DNA from: Chiloscyllium plagiosum
Taxonomy: Eukaryota
Assembly (NCBI RefSeq): GCF_004010195.1
Contig: NC_057718.1
Location: 49,912,791-49,956,573, forward strand
Length of the DNA: 43,783 bases
Reading direction: 5' to 3'
Under the pieces are notes generated by a model that saw nothing but the letters and a program-made list of their open reading frames with translations, was not told the origin of the DNA and ran no database searches. Within the stretch, counting starts at the first letter, position 1, and the number at the start of each line of letters is the position of its first letter. The translations under genes and the position numbers were made by a program. Below, in pieces: positions 25,096-36,770 of this stretch.

Positions 25096-27089
25096 TTACT
25101 CCAGACCAATTTGAGAAGTTGTATTGGCTAATTTGACAAAATTGTAAATATTATCAGAAGCCAGGCATAACATATCTGACCCTTTTAGGATCTGGAGACA
25201 GACTCCCCAGTACTCCAACCAAGAATGAATGACATCATCAGATTGGGTGCAGCCTAATGCAGTCTCTAACATTGGCCCTTTCAGAACCATTACCTTACAT
25301 AACGTGACCATCCTGTCAGATCATCTAACACTTCAAACTCAAACAGAGCTAAGAAAATTTAATCAGCAATTAATGAACTGATTATTGATGATGCATTTAA
25401 ATTGCATTGATAGAAGAATTCTTTCTGCATTTTTAACTATACAAGGTGAGAAGAGGGATTTGGAATGGAGTCAAAAATGTTAATGCTGCAATCTGACTAT
25501 TCGGTGGCTATGTGCCAACTCTGCAAACTCCTGTCACATACTCTTTAATGCCCTCATCATTCAATTGGTACAAAACTGAAAGTGAACGTGTACTTGTGCA
25601 AGTTTGGCAACAGAACAGCAGTCAGACCTAGAGGCAGAACAAAGCCCAACTGCGCAAGCTTTCTTTTTTGAAATAATCTGCTTCTTACTTTAGTTAATGA
25701 AGCCATAGTGGGTAATATATCAACAGCCAGTAGGTGGAACTATAGCTTTATAGATATTTTTGATTTACTTTATTGTTGCTTTAAGGGAGTGATGCAAATA
25801 TTTTTTAGTACTGTTGACAAAGGATAATATTGTTGAGTAAATTCCACACAAAATGTTGCATTTAGACACCATTTAAAAAATACATCGTGGTTACACTTTG
25901 TTTTCCTTTCATTACCGTGTGGTATAACCTCATAAATCAAAGATTTAGTATAGACAGCTTTTATTTCACTGAAGGAGTTCTAAATAAAGAGTGTTTGGGG
26001 AAGGATTTAACTGAAGCTCTTCTACAGTCTAAACTGAGAAATGATGCTGACACCCCAGTATAATTGTAGAATACAGATCCACAAGTGATCTCCTCCGGCG
26101 TGGTAATTAATACAACTCACGATCAGTGTATCCACTGATAAAGTATAGATTTATTCTTTTGAACCCCGTTGCTAGATGGGTGTAGACATGTGAGCAAATG
26201 TTTTAATTTTGCTTTAGAAGGAAACCCATCTAAAACAGGTCCAGAATGAAGATGAACAAATGTGATAAATGTCTGCCTTTAGGTTGCACTGATATATATA
26301 CACACTAGCACCATTATTAAATCTGTCCTAAATCAGAGAGAATATTAATCCCAACAGTATGTAAAGTGAATGATTCCCACAAAAAGATAATGATTGTGAG
26401 TGCACAATTGCAGCTAGGCCATGCTCAATACTGTCAGTATGAGAATACGTACCTAGACAAGAGCCTAAAATCAAACAATACCATCACAGCTGCATCACCC
26501 CTTTCTCCATTTCCATCACTACTGGCCTCCAACCTCCTACCTTATCTTCCCCTAAATTCCCTACTTCTGATACTTCCAACTTCCTGGTTCTCCTAGTCCT
26601 CTGACTAAAAGTTTTCTCATCAACACAGGTCACCAACATATCTCTCGGCTTCTGAACTCTGAACAGGCCTCTGACCTTTATCAACATAGATCTCTATCCA
26701 ATCTACTTCCAGACAACTAATTTTCTCCTACCCAAGTAGTGGAACTCCAGTCATTTCCTATCAAGGTTTCGAAACAATGGTTCTTAGATGCTTCACGGCT
26801 GGGCAGCAGCTCAAAATACTCTGCATTGGTTAAATGCAAGTCAGCCAATTACATAACTGCATGTACAGCCAAGCAAAAAATATTAAAGAGACGACACTCT
26901 TAAGTAAATCACCCAGCCTTCCAAATTAAATTTAGTATGTATTGCCTCCAACAAACTTTCCCCTGCAGTCCTTTGTTTTTTGTTTTGCCTTTGATCATTC
27001 CACTACTCTAGCACACTCTCCCACAGACACCTGTTCCCCTCTCCATTTGGCCTCAGATTCTCACAACCAACATTGAGGCCTCTGATCTT

Positions 27090-27413
27090 TTAGTTTAGGG
27101 TGTGGAAACAGGCCCTTCGGCCCAAACAAGTCCACACCAACCCGCCGAAGCGCAACCCACCCAGACCCATTCCCCTACATTTACCCCTTCACCTAATGCT
27201 ACGGGCAATTTACATGGCCAATTCACCTAACCTGCACATTGTTGGACTGTGGGAGAAAACCGGAGCACCCGGAGGAAACCCACGCAGACACGGGGAGAAT
27301 GTGAAAACTCCACACAATCAGTCACCTGAGGCAGGAATTGAACCCAGGTCTCTGGCGCTGTGAGGCAGCAGTGCTAACTACTGTGCCACCGTGCCACCCA
27401 CTGTGCCACCGTG
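27090..27413 (-). mobile_element. HE1-type V-SINE with duplicated 5' end
   Basis: A/B boxes and V domain; actgtgccaccgtg at 27380-27393 and 27400-27413. Confidence 0.95.
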
Positions 27414-28297
27414 ATCCCCTGCCTGTTCTTTGACAAATCTTTCTGCACACTAGTCAGATCCTGAAATAAGGTCTTAGAACTGAACCCAGCACTGGGATTA
27501 CCCCCACCAATTCAGGACCTCTTGATTTAACCCAGACAATGTTGACCAACCCCCACTCAATGTCCCGATATCGACACATACACACCCTCCACTGGGTAGG
27601 GACCTACAGCCAAACTTTGATCAATCAAAAGCGTCAGTTGGGATATATTTATCAATTTACCTATTTAACCAATGAAAAACAGTGCAATACTTGTAGCACT
27701 GCCTTTCAAAGAATATAGTACAAAATATAAGACGAGTATTCCTTTCACTTCGAATCTTCAACAGCGCCTTAAAACATAAATTAAATCAGAAAGCAATACA
27801 ATACACGGGTTCTCAAGAGAATCTAGCTCTCAATATTTCTTACATTATTCCTGAAAATGAAGAAGGCATAAGAGATTGGCCTTGAGTGTAAGCTCAGGAT
27901 ACTTTATTGAATAAATCCCTGATATCAGCTTGCTGATATACCTTCTGCTTTTTCTGCATGAGAGTAGAGTGTAGAATGTGCAATTGCATAACCTTTTGAG
28001 CAGAGCAACAAGTTTGCCTTTCAACAAATTTAATCAACGTATCAAGGGCTGAGGTAGCATTAGCCCAAGTTATTCTCTGCTATTTACTGAAATCTTCTTA
28101 TTTAGAGTCTGTCTCAGTCTCGTTTGGCTTTTGAAATTCACAGTGCTCAATAATTTCTACTTTGCTTACAGTATAACATCAATCTCTTTGCAGCTTAAAG
28201 CCAGTATTCTATCTCACTTCTGCAAAGTTTGCTGATTAGTTCGGTGGAAGGATTGCTATTTACCATTTCCATAATTATGGATATTATGTTCATTCCA

Positions 28298-28678
28298 GCT
28301 AAGAGGAGATTTGGTTGAAATATTCAGAATTGTGAGGGCTCTGGTCAGAATAGATAAGGAAAATTGTTCCCATTTGTGAAAACATTGAGAACAAGAGGGC
28401 ATAGATTTAAAGTAATTAGTTGAGGAAGCAGAAATGATATGAGTTTTCTTTTTACACAGTCAGTGGTTAGGATCTGGAATGTACCAGAATATGTAATGGG
28501 TGTAGTAAATTGATGTTTTTGAAAAGTAGTCAGGCAGTTCTCTGAAAAGGCAGAATATGTCAGGTTATAAGGAACAGGCAGGGGAATGACATTAGGTGAA
28601 TTGCTCAGCCAAATAGCTGGTGTAGACATTACGGGTCAAGTGGTTTCCACCCATACCATAAGAAGTCTATGATTCTGA
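28298..28678 (+). mobile_element. CR1 3' end, old
   Basis: LRGDLVEIFRI, TRGHRFKV, FFTQSVVRIWN; ends tctatgattct. Confidence 0.8.
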
Positions 28679-28699
28679 AGTTTCTTACCTGGTTGTGAA

Positions 28700-29000
28700 A
28701 TAGAGGGATAGTGTTGGATACAGACTTTAACCGACTAAAAAATGGTCAATCATTTAGGACAGCGATAAGGTGAATTTTATTCACTCCAACGGTTGTGACC
28801 CTTTGTAACAGTGTACTCTAGAGTATTATGAATGCTACATCATTGAGTATATTTAATGCTGAGACAGGCTGGTTTTAGGTCTCACAGGAAATCAAGAGCT
28901 ACAAGGAACAGACAGCAAAGTGGAGTCTAGGAATCAGATCAATCATAATTCTATTGAATGGTGGAGATGGGCCATATAGTTTATATTACTTATTATGCTC
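28700..29000 (+). mobile_element. CR1 3' end, very old
   Basis: cagatcaatcataattctattgaatggtggag tail homologous to 2887-2960. Confidence 0.6.
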
Positions 29001-29992
29001 TTTTGCTACAAAAGTCTTCTTGTCACAGTTTCAGCAGCTGCTAATATGAGACCACTTTCCCTTTAAAGAGCCTTGAGAAGTGCAGATTAATTCTGTGTCA
29101 GCCGCATAGGTTTCTCAAACCCCTGCTGAGCATACAGCCAGTTTCAGTGCATTTCATGCTAGGTAACACACTATAATAATGCTGATGAGCAAGCAGCATG
29201 ATGTTTGTGTCTTAGGTAATCATACATCAAGTTGCCCATGTCCAATGTTGAGTCTAATCTAATCTTTCCTCAGCAGTTTATGTCAAGTTATTAAACAGTC
29301 ATTACTTTGAAAAAGCAATTATTGGTCATATTTCACTTTGCTATTGATACTTCCTATTAAATTAAAATTGTGTTAAAAAGGTGTTGTTTTTCTATTTTAG
29401 CTGTTATATCACCACAGATCATAAGTGTAACACTGGAATGCAGGACAAATATGTTGGTTGAAACGGTAAATTATTTTCTGAGGAAACAATATTCCAACAG
29501 CTATATAATTTTTGATTAAGAACAGAAGAAACATTTGAAATGTAAAGTGGAAAGAAATGGTTGTATGGTCATAGGCCAGTGTTGCATAGCTGCTGCAGTT
29601 ATGATGAAGTGGAATATGTGAAGTAGCAGCAATGTGTGTAAGTGATATGTTCTAGTTGCCAGTAAATGTACTGTAACATTACCTTACACAAGATGATTTA
29701 ACAGTTCCTTTTTCCATCAATAGCTTTTCCAATTATTAAATATAGTGTATCAAAGGATAATAATTATATATTGTGATTAACTATCTTGAAATTCATTTCC
29801 AGAACAGGGGATTAAGCAAACTGTGCATGCAATCAATAGAACAAGCTTACTCAATTCATTTATTAACCAAATCAAACAAATATAGATTCTTTTATCATGC
29901 AATTTTAATACAATGAAACCACGATCTTTCCTTATTAAAAATGGATGCAAGTCACTTTGAATTATTTCTCTCTTTCCGTATTGCCCAATCTA

Positions 29993-30999
29993 GTCTGGAC
30001 CATATCTAAGTTTGGGCTGAAGTGTGGCAAGTAAAGATTGTACCACACAAATGCCTTGCAAGTATCATCTCCATAATAGCAAAATCTAATCACCATCCAA
30101 CCACTCAATGGTGTTGCATGGGTGGCAATGGCCTTGTGGTATTAACACTAAACTATTAATCCAATGACCCAGGAATGTTAGGGACACAGGTTTGATTCCT
30201 ACCATGGCAGATGGTGGAAATTGAACTCAAAAACAAAAACAATCTGAAATTAAGAGTCTAATGATGATCATTGCCAATTATTAGGGAAAAGCCCTGTTGG
30301 TTTGCTAAGGGAAGGAAACTGACATCCTTACATATGACTTCAGACACACAACAATATGGTTGACTTATTATGACTCTCTGGGCAATAAATACAATCCCCC
30401 ACTATCGATATCCTGGGGTTTAACATTGACCAGAAACTGATTTGGACCAGCCATATAAATACAGTGCTGACAAGACCAGGTTAGAGGTTTGGAATCCTAC
30501 AGAGAACAACTCACTTCCTGACTCCCCAAAGCCTGTCCACCATCTACTTTTTACATGCCTGGATAAATGCTACTCCAACAATACTCAAGAGGCTTATCAG
30601 CATGCAAGACAAAGCAGCCTTTTTGATTAGCATCACATCCATGCCCTCCACGAATGACCCTCAGTAGCAGCAGTGTCTACCATCTACAAGATACACTGAA
30701 GAAATTCACCAAGGCTCCTTAGACAGCAGCTTTCAAATGCACAATCACTTCCATCTAGATGATCAAGGGCATTAGATATATGGGAAAACCACCACCTATA
30801 AGTTCCCCTTCAAGTCACTTACCATATTGACTTGGAAATATATTACCATTCCTTCACTGTCACTGAGTCAAAGTCCTGGAATTCCCTCCGTAATGGCATT
30901 GGGGATTTATCCAAAAAACACAGGCTACAGCAGTTCAAGAGGGCAGCTCAACACTACCCTCCCCACCAGGGCGGGTCCACATCCTATGAATGAATAAAA
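29993..30999 (+). mobile_element. CR1-Zenon-like LINE 3' portion interrupted by a SINE-like element
   Basis: Colinear with 13505-14307; tail cacatcctatgaatgaataaaa. Confidence 0.82.
30121..30390 (+). mobile_element. tRNA-headed SINE-like element (Zenon head + tail derivative)
   Basis: A box TGGCCTTGTGG 30129-30139, B box GGTTTGATTCC 30189-30199; ends gggcaataaat like the Zenon tail; body homologous to 39806-40045 and 36940-36980 (minus). Confidence 0.78.
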
Positions 31000-31954
31000 T
31001 TCATCAAACATACATTTGATCAATTTATGAGGAGTCTCTAGAAAGCAGTGGTGCATTTTGTGGTCAACAATCAGTTGAAAATGTTACTGGCATATAATGA
31101 TTTTAATTCCTTCAGAAAAATAGAGATGCTTTAATAGTTATATTACTGACAGAATACAATACTCTTCAGTTTACCGATAATGAGTAGTGTTTCAATCATA
31201 AAGTAGGCTTACAAAAATTTGTAAAATTGTCCACTTGAAGTTCAATAGTAAAACATTCATGTAGAATTACATTAGTGGGAGTGAAGTACAAATGAAAATG
31301 GAATATTGACCTCCAGCTAAGAGTTGATGTTAGTTATTGGAAAGGAGTTGTTTTTCCACATCATGTGTATTTTAGGGTGCAGAGGAACAGGAGTGAGTAG
31401 CCTGGGCATTTAAAAAAGCAAGTTACCAGTGACAGTGGGAGTGGTCATGAGGGATGAACAGTGTTATGAAGCTAAGGATCAGCAAGGAAATCATGATTGA
31501 GGTGGCTGTGAAGATTATCAACACTGTTCATTAAAGACTCAACTGAAGCTCTAATTTATCACATCTCGATTTATGAACAATTTAGCATTAACGACCAGCA
31601 TTGATGGAGGTGCCTAAAATTTTATCTCCTAGATCACTTCCATGAGTTACAAAGCTGTAAGTCTAAAGCCACTCATATATCTGCCCTCAATCTTACAGCA
31701 AACCTCAATGAAAGGAACCAATTTAAAACAAAAATTAATTGTAAGTAAATGAGCTGATGAGATTTATTGGCTACTCAATTTACTTTTGAAATGGTATTTC
31801 AAAAAAATGCAAATGTTAAGTAGATTTTACCAGAAAGTTATGCTCTTAATATAAGCATTCTCAGAAAACATTTAACATTTTGAGGCAATCAACATGAAAA
31901 TGATCAAAGCACAGGTGACTTGTAACTTGGGATTTTGGAATCTGTAATCCAGTT

Positions 31955-32070
31955 GTGGAAAGTGGATGTGAGGAGTGTCAGATTAGCCATGATCTTATTG
32001 AATGGGAGAGCAAGCTCAAGGAATCAAACAGCCTCCTGTTCCTATTTCTTATCGTCTTCTCGTTTATGAT
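31955..32070 (+). mobile_element. CR1 3' tail fragment
   Basis: agattagccatgatcttattgaatgg..cctgttcctatttcttat. Confidence 0.78.
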
Positions 32071-32493
32071 ACAAATTTACAGTTCCCATATTGCATCAGA
32101 GAAGATACAAGAATCATGGAATCATATTTGGGGAGCTTCAACAATACCTCAGATCTTTCAGCCATGACAGACGGACATAGGAACTTTAGACCAAAAGGTG
32201 ATTGTGTCTTTGATGCAACATGCGTTAGAAGGCCAATAAAATGATACCTGTATGTTGCATGCTGCATATATTATGAGAAATGAATGCTTACATGTTTTAC
32301 TTGAAGAGATGTGAATCATATAATAGAAATGGCACAGTAGTCAAGAATACAGATTATTCACAGTCTCATTTCTTGATTTTTCTAGTGAGCTTCTCCACTA
32401 ATGATTGCTACTTTCTGTATGTTTATCCATGCAATCAATAAATTCTAATTGTTTTATCATATAGCTTTAACCTAGAATTGCATAGGGATCATT

Positions 32494-32667
32494 ATATGGT
32501 GCTGGAAAAGCACAGCAGGTCAGGGAGCATCTAAAGAGCAGGAGAGTTGACATTTCGGGCAAAAGTCATTCATCGACTCTCCTGCTCCTTAAATGCTGCC
32601 TGACTTGCTTTGCTTCTCCAGCACCACACTCTAATCTCCAGCATCTTCAGTCCTCACTTTCGCCCAA
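32494..32667. mobile_element. Palindromic PLE pLTR insertion, family A
   Basis: tggtgctggaaaagcacagcaggtcag.. inverted against ..ctgacttgctttgcttctccagcacca; TSD ggatcatt at 32486-32493 and 32668-32675. Confidence 0.85.
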
Positions 32668-32855
32668 GGATCATTTATCTCAATCTACAGATTTTGAATT
32701 TAGGCAGAGTTAGGCAAGCTGTGTTTAAAAGCCTGCTCCAGCCTGATTTCCACCAGTTTTGACCCATCTCTGAGATGGTGGCCATTGATACAGGTCTCTC
32801 CCAATATTATCATCTCCTCTGCCATACAACCACCCAACCAAAACAAGCAACTATA

Positions 32856-33067
32856 TGATTTGGAGGTGCCGGTTTTGGGCTGGGGTGTACAAAGTTAAAA
32901 ATCACACAACACCAGGTTATAGTCCAACAGCTTTAATTGGAAGCACTAGCTTTCAGACCACTGCTCCTTAATGGTCCACAACCACCTGATGAAGGAGCGG
33001 TGCTCTAAAAGTTAGTGCTTCCAATTAAACCTGTTGGACTATAACCTGGTGTTGTGTGATTTTTAAC
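32856..33067. mobile_element. Palindromic PLE pLTR insertion, family B, HHR with G12 mutated
   Basis: Arms ~32894-32969 and ~32992-33067; plus-strand CAC-CTGATGA-A-GGAGC-GGT-GCTCT-AAAA-GTTA-GTG; TSD-like aacaagcaactata / aacaaacaaccata. Confidence 0.9.
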
Positions 33068-33761
33068 AAACAACCATAATCGTTGATAGCATATCATTCC
33101 TTACATTTTCTGGAAAGTAAATGCATTTTAGAATTAACAAAATATTTCCAAAAAAAAGACAAGAGTGTGCAATCCTTTCTTTTCAGCCACTTCAGACACA
33201 ATGCTAGCTTTAACTAGCATTGATATTGATCCAAATTTTGCTCCCAATCTTACTTAAGTGTCAGAGTCATAGCAACTTCTGAATAGGGCAGATACAAAAT
33301 TAAACACAAACACAAAAGGTTGCATTTCAAGAGGCAGCAACTTAATATTAACTTCATGATAACATCATCCACTATCTGGCTTCCCATTCAAATGCATTGA
33401 GTGAGGTAATGTTTCTGTGTTTGTATTGGAGTAAACTCAACTTAATATGGTGTGCTGATGTTTAATGATTTGGCAAGTGTTAATTACTGTCAGTCATCCT
33501 CTCTAGCAATTAAAATTAATTATTAAGAACATATCGTGCTATTCCTTCAGGTTTTAATTTGTTGTTGGAGATTAGTTTTGAATTTAAATTTTTTTAAAGA
33601 AGTCTTTCCTTTTTTTCTGTCTGACATTATTTTTCTGGTTCTTAATTCAAACTGTCATTTTGTCACTTTATTTTACTTTCTGTACTTAATTTGACATGAA
33701 ATTCACTATACTGGTTTCTTTGTAAGCCTTCTGCTGATATTTTCACGATATTTTAATCTGA

Positions 33762-33912
33762 CTGAAAATCACATGACACCAGGTTATAGTCCAACAGGTT
33801 TGTTTGAAAATACAAGCTTTCAGCGCATGGCCCTTCATCAGGTAGCTAGCTGGTGTTGTGTGATTTTCAACTTTGTCCATCCCAATCCAACAGCAGCACC
33901 TCCACATCCTGG
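33762..33912. mobile_element. Partly inverted PLE pLTR insertion, family B variant
   Basis: TSD tttaatctga at 33752-33761 and 33913-33922; minus HHR UAC-CUGAUGA-A..GAAA-GC-UU-GUA at 33811-33844. Confidence 0.85.
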
Positions 33913-34279
33913 TTTAATCTGATCGGTTAAGGAGATTGACATTCCCAGTTTGTTTTCCTTTTTACTAAGAGCACAGATATTCTTGACAGGGAAGCCATTT
34001 TATTTCAATTTTCCCCATTCGCTCTTCCAGTAACTTACATTGGAAAAGACTGTCAGCCTTAAATGTAAAAAAGAGAAGCTTAATGAATATTGGGCAATTT
34101 TTATTGACCTGTTTCATGATAGGCCATGATAGTTCCTTAATATGTTGGTTGATTTCTTCCAGCAGTGACCATGCAGTGTACATGATACCCCAAAATTCTT
34201 ACTGGTAAGACTAGCAAACATTTGTTCCTGTGGTGCCTCACATGTTCCCTGCTGGAGATTTTATCACAAGTTTTAAACC

Positions 34280-34398
34280 TAGAAATATAGGAACATATGC
34301 GTTAGGAGCTGAAGTAAACTATTCAGTCCCTTGACCCTGCACTGCCACTCGACAAGATCATGTCTGATCTGTTTGCTTTGATTTCTATGTACCCATGT
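34280..34398 (-). mobile_element. CR1 3' tail fragment
   Basis: taggagctgaagta..attcagtcccttga..aagatcatgtctgatctg, reverse complement of the CR1 tail. Confidence 0.7.
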
Positions 34399-35557
34399 TT
34401 AAAAAAAAGGTTAATGGGATGAGGCTCTTGCTGGCTCTGCCAGCATTTATTGACCATTCTACATTTTATTGGAGAAGGTGGTGTTGAACTGCCTTCCTGA
34501 ACCATTATAGGGAAGGGCACATTACTGTTAGGGAGGGGTTTTCAGGATTTTAACCCAATAATTATGAAAGAGTGGTGATGTAGTTCCAAGTCAGGATGTT
34601 GCGTGGCTTGGAGGGGAACTTGCAGAAGGTGGCGTTATCATGAAACTACTGCTTTTGTCCTTCTACATGGTAGAGATCTTAAATTTGGAAGGTGCTGTCA
34701 GAGGTGACTTGGTAAGTTGCTATAGTGTGTCTTATGCACTGTTGACTCTGTATTTCATTGGGGTAGGGAGTGTATGTTGGAGATATATGGATATCAGTTA
34801 CATTGTGTCCTGAATGCCGTCAAGTTTCTTGAATGTTATTGGAGCTAAACTCATCCAGGTAAGACATTTACTCATGCCTTGTAGTTGGTGGACAATATTA
34901 GGGAGACAGGATATATTTTTCTTGCCATAGAGTTTCTAGCCTCTGAATTAGTTTTATGGACACAGTAATATGGCTGGTCTAGTTCAGATTCTAGTGTTCA
35001 ATGGAAACGCTTACAATGTAGTTCGCGGGAAATTTGGCACTGCTAATATCATTGAACATCACGAGGAGATGGTTAGATTCTCCCATTAGAGACGGCCATT
35101 GCCTGGCACTTAAATGGCAAGTAGCATTCAGGCCACACATCTGCCCTAGCCTAGATATTGTCCAGGTCTTGCTGCATTTAGATACAGACTGCTTCAGTGT
35201 CACAAATGGTGCTGAACATTGTGACCTTATGATGAAGGGAAGGTCATTGATGAAACAGCTGAAGATGGCTGGGGCTAAGACATTATTCTGAGAAACTCCT
35301 GCAAGGATACCTCCTGGCTGGAATGAGTGACCTTCAACAACCACAACAATCATCTTTTGACTTCAACCAATAGAGAGTTTGTGCCCGATTGCCATTAACT
35401 CCAGTTTTGCAAGGGCACATCAATGTTTTACACAATCAAATGGCTACCTTGATGTTGAGGGCAGTCACCCTCACCTCACCAAGATGGTTAATCCATACTT
35501 TACTTCTGCTTAAAGAAGGATGCGAATCCTTCAGCCTTGTCTTTTGTTTTGATGTGC

Positions 35558-35744
35558 TGCTCTCCCTCAATGTGTGTGGCACTGGAAAAGCACAGCAGGT
35601 CAGGCAGCATCCGAGGAGCAGGAGAGTCGATGTTTCAGGCATAAGTGCTTCATCAGGAATGTGGCCTGATGAAGGGCTTATGCTCGAAACATTGCTGCCT
35701 GACCTGCTGTGCTTTTCCAGTGCCACACACATTGAGGGAGAGCA
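35558..35744. mobile_element. Palindromic PLE pLTR insertion, family A, two opposed HHR cores
   Basis: Perfect 52-bp arms 35558-35609 and 35693-35744; CTGATGAAG..GAAACAT on both strands at 35630-35692. Confidence 0.9.
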
Positions 35745-36567
35745 AGTCATGCAAGTAGTCCTGTGCTGTAGCTTCATCAGGTTGAAACCTCAGTTTTTCT
35801 TTTGTCTGGTCTCCTTGTAGAATGTCCTCCAGCACTCTTCAGTGAATGAAAATTGATATCCTGGCTTCTTGGTAAAGGTAGCAAGGGGAAATGGTGTGCT
35901 ATGAAATCATAGAACGTGTTTGAAAAATTCTGTTTCTGCTGATGACCCACAGTGCCTCATCATTGCATAATCTTGAATTGCTAGACCTGTTCAAAGTCTG
36001 CCCCATCTAGCACAGTGGTAGTGTCACGTAATATGATGGAAGACATCCTCAGTATGAAAATGGGGTTTTGTCTCGACTGGTCTGCATGGTGGTCACTCCT
36101 GCCAATGGGATCATGATCAAGTGCGTCTGCGACAGCCAAATTGGTGATGAGGAGTCAAGTGGATTTTTCCCTCACCACTTGCCATAATCCAGCAACGTTG
36201 TCCTTGAGGACTTAGCCAACTTAGTCCAGTCACTACTCCTGGTGATAGAAATTGAAGTCTCATCCAGAGTACATTCTGTGCCTTTCCCACCCTCAATACT
36301 TCATCCAAGTGGTGTTCAACAGCAGCCCAAGGTACTGATACATCAGCCAAGAAAGGAGGGAAAGAAGAGATTTCCTTGCCCATGATTGACCTAATGCCAT
36401 GGAGTCTGGAGTCAGTGGTGAGGACTTCCAGGGCAATTCCTCCTTAACTGTATACCACTGTGCCTCCAACTCTGGTGGGACTGTGAGAAAGGACATGGCA
36501 GTGCTGGTGAAGTATGGAACACCACCTCTAAGGCATCATTACATGAATTTGACTAAACTGTAGTTCT

Positions 36568-36770
36568 GAAAATGTGTTGCTGGAAAAGCGCAGCAGGTCA
36601 GGCAGCATCCAAGGAGCAGGAGAATTGACGTTTCGGGCATGAGCCCTTCTTCGGGCTAATGCCCGAAACGTCGATTCTCCTGCTCCTTGGATGCTGCCTG
36701 ACCTGCTGCGCTTTTCCAGCAACACATTTTCAGCTCTGATCTCCAGCATCTGCAGTCCTCACTTTCTCCC
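36568..36770. mobile_element. Young palindromic PLE pLTR insertion with 15-bp TSD
   Basis: TSD ctaaactgtagttct at 36553-36567 and 36771-36785; GCCCGAAACGTC on both strands. Confidence 0.93.

Noticed and set aside
25490..25515. Short resemblance to LF-SINE (atctgactattcggtggctatgtg)
   Set aside because: About 25 nt only, from memory, and flanks do not extend the match.
12369..36770. pLTR palindromes as miRNA genes or true MITEs
   Set aside because: Arms are asymmetric, breakpoints and TSD lengths vary, and the sequence is the PLE terminus.
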